DNA from: Eledone cirrhosa
Lineage: Eukaryota
Direction of reading: 5' to 3'
Assembly: GCA_964016885.1 (NCBI GenBank)
Contig: OZ024740.1
Span: forward strand, 262,570,001 to 262,634,000
DNA length: 64,000 nt
Numbering within the stretch: position 1 is the stretch's first letter; each line of letters opens with the position of its first letter. The position numbers and the translations under genes were made by a program. The notes under the pieces are model-generated. The model was given only the letters and a program-made list of their open reading frames with translations. It was not told the DNA's origin and did no database searches. Shown here in pieces: positions 12,201 to 26,600 of the stretch.

Positions 12201-15200
12201 GTTCTCAGTCATTGATGTTAGTTAACTGGAAAGTTTGTTGAAATGAATATAAAGCCACTACCTGCAGCCTCAGATATTCAGGACATATCGGAGGGTTCTT
12301 GCTGTTCCCAGCAAGCATGCCTTTTGAAGTGTTCCAAAAACCGGGGCGGGGCAAATTTTCTTTAACCATCCTTGGAAACTCTTTGAGATAGTACCTAGTG
12401 CGCCTATGACAATCGGGACCACTTTGACTTCATGGCAGTTCCAAATCCTTTTTAACCTCCCACTTTAAGTCCTGGTATCGGTTAATTTTCTCCCTCTCCT
12501 TCTCTTGCACTCTTGGCTGGGCAAAAGCAGGCCTTCAAAGTCGAATGGGCAAGCCACATCCAAAATCAGGCACGATCTTTTTTCCTTGTCCAAAACCAAC
12601 AGGTTAGGTCTATTGTGTCCCAGTTTCTTGTCCGTCTGTATCCTAAAATCCCACAGCACCTTCACCTGATCGTTTTCTATCACCGACTCTGGCTTATGCT
12701 CATACCACTTCTTAGAATGTGGCAAATTGTTTACTTTGCATAGGTGCCAGTGGATTACCCTGCCCATCACATCATGTCTCCAGCCTTTATAGTGAGTCTG
12801 GGCTAGGTGTTTACATTCGGATACAATGTGAGCCACAGTCTCCTCTCTCTCTCCACAGATCCTACACAGTGGGCTAGCCTCCTCCTTTTAAATATGGTGT
12901 TTCAGCCACTTCGTTTTGAGGGCCTGCTCTTGCGCAGCCATTAACATACCTTTTGTAGCCTTTTTAAGGTCTCCTCTTTTCAACCAGTTCCATGTCTGTG
13001 GATCTCTGAAATCAGTTTCCTCAAAGAAGGTACTATGGATGGATTTTTCATGAAGGTTGCTCTTTTTCCTTGTTGTTATTTCCTCCTTGGACATCCCCTG
13101 GTCTATTGTCCTCTCCTTCAGTACAATTCTGAGCATTGGCTCCCTACTATCAGTCACGTATTTGTGTAGGTTGTTTTTCTCCATCTGAACACAGTCCTCT
13201 ATGCTGATAAGATCTCTTCTACCTTCAGATCTCCTTAAGTAGAGTCTATCGACATCACTCCTCTTGTGGAACATATTGTAGATAGTCAATGGCTTCCTAG
13301 TCTTCCTATCCATTTCTTTTTGTTCAGCAACATTCCATCTCAGAATTCCCGCACTGTACCAAATAATAGACACAGCTCCGGAATTTACTGCACTTATGGC
13401 ATTCCTACTGTTCAGATGTGGTTTTAATACGCACCTTACTCTCCGAATGTATTCAGATCTTATCAATTCCTTCATTTTTTTGTTCTTGATGTCATCAGCC
13501 TCCAGAACACCTAAATATTTGTATCCTTCTTCAGTGTCAATTTCCTTTATCATCTCACCTGTTGGTACCTGGATTCCGTTGCTTCTGCTCAATTTACCCC
13601 TCTTCATCACAAGGACTCCACACTTACTAATACCAAATTGCATACATATATCACTGCTGAAAATACGGACAGTGTCAACAAGCACATCCAACTCTTTCTC
13701 ACTCTTCCCGAAGAGCTTAAGATCGTCCATGAAGAGGAGGTGATTGATGGTAAGGTCTTCCTTTCCCAACTTGTATCCTGTTCTCACTTTTCGCAGTATA
13801 ATGGTCAGGGGCATTAGGGCAAGGACAAACAACAGAGGGGACAGGCTATCTCCCTGGAATTGATCTTCACGCCTCCCAAGGATTCTCCAGCCGATGTTAA
13901 CTCTGTTTTCCAGGACTTCATACTTTTGCTCAACAACTGTCTAATGTTATCTGCCATCTTGAAGATCTCTAGGCTTTTGGTGATCCAAGAATGAGGCACC
14001 ATGTCAAATGCCTTTTTGTAGTCTTACCATCCCATGGCAAGACCAGTATGTCTCCTCTTGCAATTCCTCATTACCATCTTATCAATAAGTAACTGGCCCT
14101 TTGTACCACGTGACTTCTTTCCGCATCCTTTCTGTTCGTCCGTAACAAGTTGTTTGTGTGGAGGTGATGGTAGATTTCCTCAGACACAATGCTTGTTAAT
14201 AGTTTCCACATTACGGACAGACATGTGATAGGTCTATAGTTGGTAACATCATTACCCTTGATTCGGTCTTTCATTACCAGAACTGTGGTACCTTTTGTCA
14301 ACCACTCTGGTACATCACCTGACATCAAGCAGTCATTGAACATGGTTGTCAGTTTCGGGTGGTGGGATGTTATATTTTTAATCCAATACCCCTGCACACC
14401 ATCTGGGCCTGGTGATTTCCAGTTGGTTAGTTTTTTGGTCTGCCCATTAAGAGTTTCAACTGCCTGTTCACTAATCTCCTTTTGTACTGTCTCAATCCAC
14501 ACTGCCTGGTCATTATGTTTAAAATCCTGCTCCCATATTCCTCTCCAGAATGTCTTAGTTTGTTCCGCCTCAGGGATCAAGTCGTTGCCTCTTTCTTTCC
14601 CTTCAAGCTGTGCAAACAACACCTTCTGGTTGTTGTCAAACATGCGGTTCTGCCTATACTGACTGACTCTGCTCTCGTATCGCCTAATTTTTGCACTCTT
14701 TGCTACAATGCGTTGCTTCAGTTCCTCTATGATAATATTTAGCTTTTTCCTCCTAGTTTTGTACTTTATTTCCAGTCTATTTTTAGTGTCTATGTTTTTT
14801 AGTGTCCCATTCAGTAGGGACTCAAGCTTTCCAATGTCACTTCTCATTTCTCTGATTTAACCATTCAGTCGTTCCTTCTACCAAGATTCTGATCTTTCTT
14901 GTTAGTTGTTTCCTCTCGCTTTTATGCCAAGTAATTTCCTCACCACATTTACTGTTGCTTTGAGGATATTGTTGCACTGGTGAAAGCTCCTCGCCTCAAG
15001 GTATGGGATGACTTTGTTTACCTTAGCTGTTGTTTCTTTTAACTTTTTCCTGTCTACAAATCTTAGGTTCATAGGTTACCCACTATCATTATTCATTTCA
15101 TCTACCACTAAGTTTAGGATATCAACCAAATCTTGCCCTAGCCCGTCAGCATTCATTTCCTCAATGGCCGTATCTTTGTTCCAGGTATTATTTATTTCAG

Positions 15201-15740
15201 CATTCTGATCATTGTCTGCTTCGGATGGTTCCTCCGTTCTCTCAACCTCTTCCCCTTTATTTCCCACTGGCTCGTTTGCCTGGCATACTCCACTCTCCAT
15301 TTCCAACCTAATCTCTCTGCTCAGTTCCTCCAGTTCCAGTTCGCTTATCCACCCATTAGTTCTTATTACCCGAGCCTGACCGGCCAATTTTTGTTCATCT
15401 AATTTAAATAGACCAATCTTGTTCCAGATATTATGCATCCGTTTCCTATAGCCCTTTTCCATGGGGTTACTCTTCAGGTAACATTGCATAACAGCTCTAT
15501 TCAAATCTTTCGTCCAGTTGGTTCTGGTCCCTTTCCTTCTTCCACTTCCTCCAACACCAGCAGTATTTGGATGACAGCCAGATCCCTGCTGCTGAGCCAG
15601 GGAGCACCTGCTGGGTGAGTGTCTGTGACATGACATTCCAGTCTCCACTTCACCGTTATTCGAACTGTTTAGGTTCGACATTTAAGCACTCATATCGAGG
15701 ATTGGTGAATGTATGGTTACATAACTACCGGTGATTTCAT
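12201..15740 (-). mobile_element. Near full-length R4/Dong-like RLE retrotransposon (family a) with disrupted ORF
   Basis: ORF pieces from 15681 down to ~12270: [23 protein letters not shown] (RT), CCHC knuckle, RHD and RLE motifs. The 3' end abuts (TAA)n/(TAG)n. Confidence 0.92.
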
Positions 15741-16159
15741 CACCCCCAGTGATTTTTGCGTAGCACCATCACACTGTAGACGAACATAAATAAACAAACA
15801 AATAGATAAAAACCTAATAAAACAAAATAAACAAAAACAAACACAAGTTTCATTGTAATGTTTGAATGTCTGACTTGTTTGTTTTTCTCCTTTGCGTTTT
15901 TCGTTTTACAAGGCCAGTAACATCGGTTACTAGTGTTGTTGCTGCTGCTGCTAAGGGAAGTAGGGGTTGTTGTGTTCATAACTTTTGAATCCCATATCCG
16001 TTGATGCGTTTGCTTCTGTCTGTGTTCTGTTCTATAATTTTTCGACTATAATTTTTTCTATCATTTTTTTCCCTTTCATCCCTACGTGGCCGATACCACA
16101 AAGCACCTGCAACACACCGGGATAATTGCTGGCCCCGTGCCAAAAGCAGAAGCACTTAT

Positions 16160-17611
16160 TATTATTATATTATAGTTTAGATTTGACATCGTTTAAACTA
16201 AACATTTTGAGAGAATTTAGACGTATTAGAGATACAACAACATAATTATTTTGGTGTTGTTGTTGTTGTTGTTAGCTGTTTGACCGAGTCACTAACCCAG
16301 TCTATTTATATCTTTTGATAGCTTCCTCGCTTCTTTTCATGTGTAGCGGCATCACCAGCCCTCTCTTAAGTAGTGAGGGAATCGTGGCGGCAGCGATGAT
16401 GCAGTGGCGACGGTGGGGATGGGGTAGCAGTACTATAGGGATGGTGCCGGTCTGTATTTGTCTAGATTTTTTTGGTAGTGGTGATGGTGATGGCGGCGGC
16501 GGTGGTGCTGGCGGTCGGGTTATTTGGTTGTTGTTGTCTAGCCATTTTCTTTTCTGACGTTTTATCAGATGAAAGAATGGTCTTTAACTAATGTATTGGT
16601 ACGCGATGGGGCCCACCCACAACCCCGGCGGACAGAATGGAGAATGCGTTTCCCCGGAGGACGGCAAGGGAGACGCGCTGGAAAAGCCACTCCAACTCGC
16701 GAGGCTCACACCTGCGGCTGGCCAGCTCAGCGCCTATAGTGGTGAGTAAGGAGGTAGCCCTGGGGCCGAGGACACCAGAAGTTTCCACTGCCAGGGGAAA
16801 CCTGTCGGAAAGTGACCGATATTTGAGGAATTTGGCCCCCTCAGCCCGACGTGCAGCTGAACCTGGGTCAGTCGCAGACTGCACCAGGTTGCGGCTGCAG
16901 AAAGTGTCGGTGCAAGTGGCAACCCAAACGAGAGGTTTGCCACCGCGGAACGGGAAGATGGTCATGCCATCTGGCCTTTTTTCATCCCCTCGATCCAGCC
17001 CCACCGGCTCGAGCTGGGAAGGGAAGCCTGCACCCAAGCCATGCTTAATGACCTCGTTGAGGGCAGTATGGCGTGGAATGCGGCCGGCACTGTGGCGACA
17101 GGAAAGCGGGTGGAGGGCGAAAGAGACCATGGTGGAACCGCAGCGACATTGGTGTGGCTGGCAGTTCCGGAGGCCAAGCCTCAGGGAAACGCCGATTCGC
17201 AGGCTATGGTTGTCTAGCTGCGTGCCAGTGGAGAAGGAGGGCAGAGCATTGACTCAGGCACCACTGTGGGGTTTGGAGACCGCACGAAAACAAGTAAGGC
17301 GGTGCTGGTCGAGCTGGCGCGTGAGCCTGTCTGAGGCCAGGCTGCACTGGATGGCATCCCAAGTGCGTTGGGGGGGACTTGACGACAACAGGGGGAGAAG
17401 GAGGAGGGACGTCTACTGTGCTAAGTCCCAGTCGGTCCCACGTCTCACAGGCGGCTTCATGTTCTCTGAACACAGAGGTGTTTTGAATAACCCTGCTGAC
17501 GAGGACGCGGCACGAGGTTACCGACGAAAGATACGCCGGCAAAGCTAGTGAGATCGGGGATCGGAGGCCTAGGCTGCCATACCTGACCGGTAAAGTGGCC
17601 TGTTGCCACCC
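16160..17611 (-). mobile_element. CRE-like RLE non-LTR element, 5'-truncated, with probable ~400-bp 3' UTR
   Basis: QATLPVRYGSLGLRS (RT thumb), CXC...H.LSC...RH and RPDG...LVW.ATC.DT (RLE); bounded by (TAA)n on both sides. Confidence 0.75.
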
Positions 17612-17635
17612 TATTATTATTATTATTATTATTAT

Positions 17636-18023
17636 TATATTATAGTTTAGATTTGACATCGTTTAAACTAAACATTTTGAGGGAGTTTAGAGATAGAACA
17701 ACATCATTATTTTGGTGTTGCTGTTGTTGTTGTTAGCTGTTTGACCGAGTCAATAACCCAGTCTGTTTATATCTTTTGATACTTTCCTCGCTTCCCTTCA
17801 TGTGTAGCGGCATCACCAGCCCTCTTTCAAGCAGTAAGGGAACAGTGGCGGCAGTGACGATGCAGCGGCGGCGGTCGTAATGGGAGCAGCGCCATAGGGA
17901 TGGTGGTGGTCTGTATTTGGTTAGATTTTTTGTGGTAGTGGTGATGGTGATGGTGGCGGCGGCGGTGTTGGTGCTGGTGGGGAAGTTATTTGGCTGTTAT
18001 TTTCTAGCCATTTTCTTTTCTGA
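17636..18023 (-). repeat. Diverged second copy of the 16160-16558 segment (probable 3'-UTR-only insertion)
   Basis: Colinear from TATAGTTTAGATTTGACATCG to CTAGCCATTTTCTTT(T)CTGAC, with scattered substitutions. Confidence 0.8.
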
Positions 18024-18270
18024 CTATAAGATTTCTGGTACAAAATTAAATATTAAATTAAATATTACATATTGGAGCCCTATGCCGTAATGTGATGCGT
18101 TGCCACTTCCTGCGAGTTAAGACTGATATCTTACGTTTCATTTGTAATAAGAATTATTCTATCACAATTTTTTTAAATATGTAAAAAAGCAAAAACTTAC
18201 GGGAGCGATTCCATAATACCCTATCCACCATGTGCGTATCTTCTATTATTATTATTATAGTATTATTATT

Positions 18271-21200
18271 GGCGACCTACGTAGTAAATCGTATTATCGT
18301 GAGCTCCGCAAAATTTGTTATTTTCAGTTGTTTAAAATTGCCATTTATGGAAAATCTTTATTGTTAACTGTATATAAGTGCACATACATTGTTTTCTGAA
18401 AAGGACAGTCAAAAAGATTGGGGCCTTGTGCCCAAAATTTAAATTTTTATAATTATCAAAAAAATTTCTTTGAAAAATCATGGCCGACTCACAGCTGCAC
18501 CAAGCAGCTGAGAGCCTTCCTCACAAACTAACACCTTACACCGAGACCACCATTGTAAATATTACTACGTTTGCCAACAATAAAAATATAAGCAGCAGCA
18601 ATATTTTAAATTTGTCTCAGGCAGACATTCATTTCCCGCAATTACCAATGACTGCAGGTGTTAAAGCCGCCACCCCCACTACCATCACCACTGCGACAAC
18701 AGAAACAAAAGAAAAAAATAAATTAACTCGTGATATCGAAATGAATTCAACCAAAATGAACTATTCCACACCGAACACCACTGACGCCACCACAACTGAA
18801 ACTAAAATTAATAATAACAAAAATAACGATAACAACAACAGCAACAATGAAATTAAGAAAACTACCCTGTCTTTTGCGAGAATAGCAAAAACGTGCGAAG
18901 CGCTCCAGATAACTCAGGAGGAATTAGAAGAAGCCAAATGAATGGTAAAGAAAGATGGGTACAGGGTCAGCCCCCCCCCCCCACAAACACACATAATAAA
19001 ATGGAGCATCGTCGCTTATGCACCGTGTCTTATCGGACAATTAACATAAAATCGCGCCATGTGGAACGGGCATCCTAGTCCCAAACCCAAAACGCTTTGG
19101 GACATGTGTGGGCAACAAAAACCCACATCAGACGTGGGCAGAAATATGGAACCGTGGACGTGTTCTTTGAAACACCACAGGAGGCCAGAGAACACTCCAT
19201 GGCCCCATTAAGAAGTGACGACTTCACACTCGTCCCAAGCTATGGTGGCCTGAGACTCGTGATCATCAGGGTGACCCACGTTCCACCGGCCATCGAAATT
19301 CCCTGGCTAATGGCTGCGTCCTCGCCGGCATCGAGGCCAACACCAAGATAATCGAAATAGCGAAAGAAAAGCAGGAGAACTGGTCCGGATTTGGGATGGA
19401 GCTCCTGATCCAAGCGGATCATAAAAACATTGAGCAGATCCCAGAGGTAATAGACCTCACTGACGGCAGCCACCTCACCGTAATCGTCGAGGGCAGAAGG
19501 CCTAGGTGTGTCGTTTGTGGTGAAGGAACCCACCCAAGAGCTTTCTGCCCTCAGGCTAAAAGGTTGAGGCCACCTCTCTTACCCACCCCAGTGACTCAAC
19601 CATCAAAACTGCCAGCAGCAGGGATGGCAGCAACAACTGTAGCAGCAACAACAGAGGCAACTGTAACAGCAACAACCGCAGCAACAGTAGCAAAACCAAC
19701 ACCACCACCACCCAACGCGCCATAACTAGCACCATCGCCTATACCATCCACCACGCCACAACCAAAACTAATACCTGCGGAGGATTTTCCACTCCCCGGC
19801 TTATCGCAACTGGAGACAGATTGTGACGACGAGTAGTGGGAATCGGTATCAGTAAAAAAGAAAAAAAGAAACCAAAAAAGAAAAAAAATACTCTTCCTTC
19901 CTCCTCCAAAAGCAAAATACAGAGGGAAACAAATAAACTATCAAACAAAAAGTTAGGACAGATATGCCACCATCCACACCAGCATCACCAACCCCATCAC
20001 CACAAACACCAACACCATCACCATCATTAACTCCAACACCACCATCACCAACACCACAAAAATCACCAAAAAGCGAAACAGAAACAAACCATAACAAACG
20101 CAGACAAAACAAAACAACCAAAACGATACACACTACAGAGCATTAAATTTGAACAACAACCAATTATTACACTACATCCAACAAAACACCAGCATCACAG
20201 AAAAAGACTACACAACAACCCAAAAGTTCACACCACCTCCACACATACAAATCACTCGCATCACACAGAAAACGTACACGACACTAAAACAAAAATTCCC
20301 CAAAGACATCGGAGACTTCCGACAAACACTCTCCAGGAGGATTTATAAGGACATCCTTCCGGAAGAGGCCACAAGCAGTGAAAAGGATGGACAAACCATC
20401 CTTCTACGAGAAGTAAGGTAAGTGGTCTTTCCCATCTTTTCCACTCCATTTCAACATGATCTCACTCATAATAGGCAGCATAAATGCGCGTGTCTTGTGG
20501 TCGTTATGGAAGCTGGGCCACCTGCTCAACGACCTCAGGTCACTAAACATAGATGTAGTGGCCATCAGCGAGACCAGAATCTCCGAAGCACGGGCCTTCG
20601 CACCAATCTTAGGCGGCTACGATGTGTACGCATCTCCCAGCCGTCCGGGATCGGGGGAGTGGGGGAGTTGCTGTGCTTTTTCGGAGAAGTTTGGATCTCG
20701 CCATACGGGCCATCTTCCTGGACCCAGAAGGTAAGTTGGTGGTGCTAGACGTGACCAGCGGAGACGGGCAATCTTTCAGGCTAGTGGCCGTCTATGCCCC
20801 AACAGGAGCAGGGCGGCCTGATTTCTTTCGGCGTATGTAGACCTTTCTTGGATCGTCCGCTCTTTAGTGTTAGTGGGCGACTGGAACGGGATCTTAGATG
20901 CACGCTGGGACTGTGTGGGCTTAACGGATAGGAGAGGAGGGTGCAAGAGCCTCACCATCCTGCTAAGGCGTTTTGAACTGACTGACAGGTACCGATTGGA
21001 TTTCCCGAATGTGCCAATGTGGACTTGGACAAATCGCATAGGGTCATCCAGATCATATCTAGATAGAGTATTTTGTAAGGAAATAGATAGGTCTAGCATA
21101 GGCTGTCCACAATTCAAGATAGTCAGCTACACGGACCACAAATTCGTGATATGTGTGCTTGACTTAGATAGGCTTCATAGACGAGGACCCAGCTACTGGA

Positions 21201-23554
21201 AGCTAAACGCGTCCTTTCCAGCGCGCAAGGCCTACAGAGACCAGATTAGCGAACTAGTTAAGCGGGCGTTGACGGGGGCCTTCGTCAACAGCAAGTGGTG
21301 GTTTGCTCTAAAAAGAGCAATTAGAATAGAGTCCATTAGATTTAGTAAGGCTTTATCAATAGAGCAAAATAGAGCAGAGGGAGAATTAGTTACATGCCAG
21401 ACTAGTTCGGAGGCCTCTTGGCGGACGTCTACTGCAACTGGCAACAGAACGGGAGGATCCGATCAAGGGGGATAACATAGATAATTTTAGGCCCATAACT
21501 CTGCTAAACACAGAGTTCAAGATTTTGGCCAAGGTGCTAGCAATTAGGTTGGCGCTTGTCGTTGGTGGTCTGGTGGGAGAGGCGCAGACATGCACCATTC
21601 CAGAAATTTCCAGCCACGACAACCTACACCTCATGCGATACATCGTAGAGAGGGTAGCTAGGGAACCTGGCACGGGTGGGTCCTTGATCAATTTAGATCA
21701 GTCGAAACCATTAGATAGGGTCGACCATCTTTACCTAGCGGCATCCTGAGGGCGGCTGGCTTTGGGCCCGTCTTTAGAGGCTGGATCGCAGCGACATCTG
21801 CTCTGTGGTGAGAGTGAACGGTCACCTTTCGGAACCGTTCAACATCATGCGCTCGGTCCGCCAAGGATGTCCCCTCTCGTCCCTCTTGTACATATTGACT
21901 CTCGAGCCATTACTGCACAAACTGGAGAAGTTCAGGGAGGTCCCGCGCGAACTAGGATGCGGAAAATCCGTGTCAGCATATGCGGACGATGTCACCGTAG
22001 TGGTGTCGAACGCCAAACACATCGAGGCGATCGGCACTACACTAAGAGAATACGAAGCGGTGACAGCAGCAATGATCAACCAGGAAAAGTCAGTGGGCCT
22101 GCAGCTCGGCACCTGGAGAGGAAGGTCCATGCCGTCCAACAGCGTCGTCGGGCGCTGGATGGACGGACCGGTTAAATTGCTCAGGGTCTGGTTCGGTCCG
22201 GACCTCCAGACGGACAAAAACTCGGACGAGGTGACGAGCAGGGTGGGTTCTGTCACCCAGAAATGGGCGGAGAGGAAGCTATCCTTGAAAGGTCGAGCGG
22301 AGGTGGCTAACGCGTACATCGCGTCCGTCATCTACTACCGCCTGACCGTTGTACCTTGTCCTAAGCCCCGCCTGACTGCGCTGGAGCGTTTGTTCTTTCG
22401 CTTTTTGTGGAAGGGACGCGCTCCGATGGAGGGCTGGAGCATGCCGTGGCTGATGATGCGCAGACACGCGCTCAGGCTACGACATCTCCACCTCTTCCTC
22501 GAGAGTGATCAGGTGTGGTCGCCGTTTGCTAGACACGTCTTTCCCCAGCTCGTCTCCTTGACGGAGCTGCAGTCCTGGGTCAAGCGAAGACCGAGAGGGA
22601 GCGCTTGGAGACTGGAATGTCTTCAGGCGCTCACAGCCCTCGACCAATCGGGCAATGTGATCGGTGGAAACTCCACCTTGGCGTTCTATAGAGGATTACT
22701 GGAGGGGAAGAGCGACGACGTACTTGGAGAAAATCTAGGCGTCGACGAAAATCAACTAGCCAATCTCTTCGGAAGGACTTTCCGGCCAGGGCCTATGGAC
22801 AACTTCCAGAAATCCCTGGCCTGGCAGTGCTATCGGGGTGCTTTGCCAGTTTGGGATAAACTCTACAGGCATGGAGGTGCCGTCAGCCGGGCATGTCCGA
22901 GATGCGCGCAGGGCGACGAAACCGTCCTGCACGCACTCGTCCAGTGTCCGAGCATTGCTGACTTGTGGGTTTATGTCGAACACCTGCTGTTACGTGCAGG
23001 ACGGATCCAGCTATCAGCTGAGTCCATCGTGAGGATTGCCCCGCCCCCTTCCTTTAGCCGGGAAGGGCACGCAATTTTTATCTGTCTGGTGGCCATGGCG
23101 AAAGAGATAGTATGATGGACACGTTTGAAAGGTCTGAAGACGAGCACGTACCTCTTCGGTGATGCCCTGATTAACTTTTTCAAATTTCATTTGAAAAGGA
23201 AAATCAGGGTAGAGAGGGAAGTGCTCTCTTCCCAGCATTTTGTTGAAAGATGGGTGAGAGAAGCAAGTATGGCCCGAGTGAATGGGCCTACTCTGAGTAT
23301 GTGTCTGTAAATTAAAGGTGGAAAACTGGGAGAGGGCACTTGCCCTGGTGGTTAGGGCCACTGTGGTCTTTTAATGGGCTTTCTCCACAAATGTCCCTCG
23401 GAAGTCTCCCCACTATTGGGGAATTTTTCTTTGTTATTTTATTTCAACCTCTGTTTTTTTTACACGCAGAAATGCCCATTTGTACCGGCCTGTATTGTCC
23501 TGTACTGTCCTTAATGTCTACTTTATGTAAACCCTTGTGGTTAATAAAGAAAAC
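18271..23554 (+). mobile_element. Tx1 LINE copy B, both termini present, degraded (ORF1 type 2)
   Basis: Starts GGCGACCTACGTAG after (TAT)n. ORF1 (18480-20421) and ORF2 (20456-23310) carry stops, frameshifts and deletions (large one near 21390). AATAAA plus (ATT)n tail. Confidence 0.95.
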
Positions 23555-23572
23555 ATTATTATTATTATTATA

Positions 23573-23617
<45 letters not shown>

Positions 23618-26600
23618 GGCGACCTACGTAGGAAATCGTATTATCGTGAGCTCCGCAAAGGTTTGTTATTTCCGTTTGTTTAAAAATTGCCATTTATGGA
23701 AAATGTTATTGTAAACTGTTTATAAGCACACATACATTGTTTTCCGAAGAGGACACCCAAAAAGATTGGGGCCTTGTGCCCAAAATTTTAACTTTTACTA
23801 TTATCAAAAAATTTCTTTGAAAAAATGGCTAATTCACCTCTACAACAAGGAGCTGAAAGCCTTCCTCACAAATTAACACCTCACACCGACACCACCATTG
23901 TAAATGTTACTACGTTTGCCAACACAAAAAAAAAATATAAGCAGTAGCAATATTTTAAATTTGTCTCAGGCAGACATTCATTTCCCGCCATTACCAATGA
24001 CTGCAGGTGTTTAACCCTCCACCACCACCACCACCGCGACAACAGAAACAAAAGAAGAAAAAAATAAATTAACTCGTGACGTCGAAATGAAATCAAGCAA
24101 AATGGACTCTTCCCCACCAAAGACGACTGACGTCACCACCACCACAACTGAAAATAAAATTAATATTAACGATAGCAACAACAACAACAATGACATTATA
24201 AAACCGACCCTCAGTTTCGCCATCGTAGCAAAACAATTCGAAGCGTTCACGGTAACTCAAGAAGATTTAGAAAATGCCAAACAAATGGTAAAGAAAGATG
24301 GGTACAGGGTCAGCCTCACCCCCCACCTAATAAAATGGAGCATCGGCGCCTGTGCACCGTGTCGTATAGAACAATAAATGTAAAATCGCGCCGAGTGGAA
24401 CGGGCATCCGAGTCCCAAATCCAAAAAGCTTTGGGACATGTGTGGGCAAGAAAAACCCACATCAGACGTGGGCAAAAGTATGGAACCGTGGATGTGTTCT
24501 TTGAAACACCAGAGGAGGCTAGAGAACACTCCATGGCCCCATTAAAAAGTGACGACCTCACACTCTTCCCAAGCTATTGTGGCCAGAGACTCGTAAAGAT
24601 CAGGGTGACCCACGTTCCACCGGCCATCGAAATTCCCTGGCTAATAGCGGCTGTCCTCGCCGGCATCGAAGCCAACACGAAAATAATAGCAGTAGCAAAA
24701 GAAAAGCAGGAAAACTGGTCCGGATCTGGGATGGAGCTCCTGATCCAAGCGGACCAAAAAAGCATTGAGGAGATCCCAGAGGTAATAGACCTCACTGACG
24801 GCAGCCACCTCACGGTAATTGTCGAGGGCAGAAGACCTAGGTGTGTCGTTTGTGGTGAAGGAACCCACCTAAGGGCTTTCTGCCCTCAGGCTAAAAGGTT
24901 GAGGCCACCTCTCCTGCCCACCCCAGTGACACAACCATCAACACCACCAGTAGCAGAAATGGCAGCAACAACTGTAGCAGCAACAACAGAAGCAACTATA
25001 ACAGCAACAACTCCAGCAACAGTAGCAAAACCAACACCACTACCACCACCAGCAAAACCAACACCACCACCACCCAACGCTTCAGAACTAGCACCAGCGC
25101 CTACACCATCCACCACACCACAACCAAAACTAACGGCTGTGGAGGATTTTCCACTTCCCGGCCTATCACAACTGGAGACAGATTGTGACGACGAGGAGTG
25201 GGAAACGATATCCGGAAAAAAAAAAGAAACCAAAAAAGAAAAAATTCTCTTCCTTCCCCCTCCAAAAACAAAATACAGAGGGAAACAAATAAACTAAGAA
25301 ACAAAAAAGTTAGGACAGATATGCCACCATCCACACCAGCATCACCAACCCCATCAACCCAAACACCAGCACCATCACCATCATTATCCCCAGCACCACC
25401 ATCACCTACACCACAAAAGTCACCAAAAAGCGAAACAAACAAACCCACAACAAACGCAAACAAAACAAAACAACCAAAACGATACACACTACACAGCATT
25501 AAATTTGAACAACAAGCAATTATTACACTACGTCCAACACAACACCAGCATCACAGAAAAAGACTACACAACAACCCCAAAATTCACACCACCTCCACAC
25601 ATACAAATCACTCGCATCACACAGAAAACGTACATGACACTAAAACAAAAATTCCCCAAAGACATCGGAGACTTCCGACAAGCACTCTCCAGGAGGATTT
25701 ATAAGGACATCCTTCCTGAGGAGGCCACAAGCAGTGAAAAGGATGGAAAAGCCGTCCTTCCCCTACGAGAAGTAAGGTAAGTGGTCTTTCCCATCTTTTC
25801 CACTCCTTTTCAACATGACCTCACTCAGAATAGGCAGCATAAATGCGCGTGGCTTGGGGTCATCATGGAAGCAGGGACACCTGCTCAACGACCTCAGGTC
25901 ACTAAACATAGATGTAGTGGCCATCAGCGAGACCAGAATCTCCGAAGCACAGGCTTTCGCACCGATCTTCGGCGGCTACGATGTGTACGCATCTGCCAGC
26001 CGTCCTGGATCGGGGGGAGGAGTTGCTGTGCTTTTTCGGAGAGGTTTGGATCTTGCCATACGGGCCATCTTCCTGGACCCAGAAGGTAAGTTGGTGGTGC
26101 TGGACGTGACCAGCGGAGACGGGCAAGCTTTCAGGTTAGTGGCCGTCTATGCCCCGACAGGAGCAGGGCGGCCTGATTTCTTCCGGCGTCTGGAGACCTT
26201 TCTTGGAACGTCCCGCTCTTTAGTGTTAGTGGGCGACTGGAACGGGATCTTAGATGCACGCTGGGATTGTGTGAGATTAGTGGATAGGGAAGGAGGGTGC
26301 AAGAGTCTCACCAACCTGCCCAGACGTTTTGAACTGTCTGACAGGTACCGAATGGATTTCCCGAATGTACCAATGTGGACTTGGACAAATCGCATAGGGT
26401 CATCCAGATCATATCTAGATAGAGTATTTTGTAGGGAAATAGATAGGTCTAGCATAGGCTGTCCACAATTCAAGATAGTCAGCTACACGGACTACAAAAT
26501 CGTGATCTGTGTGCTTGACTTAGATAGGCTTCATAGACGAGGACCCGGCTACTGGAAGCTAAACGCGTCCTTACCAGCGCGCAAGGCCTACAGAGACCGG

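Noticed and set aside
15682-15780. Possible HDV-like ribozyme at the Dong 5' end (TCCTCG, GGTGAT/ATCACC hairpin)
   Set aside because: Could not form P1/P3 pairings around the motif.
16637-17548. 303-aa plus-strand ORF
   Set aside because: Antisense shadow of the GC-rich CRE-like coding sequence; no recognisable motifs.
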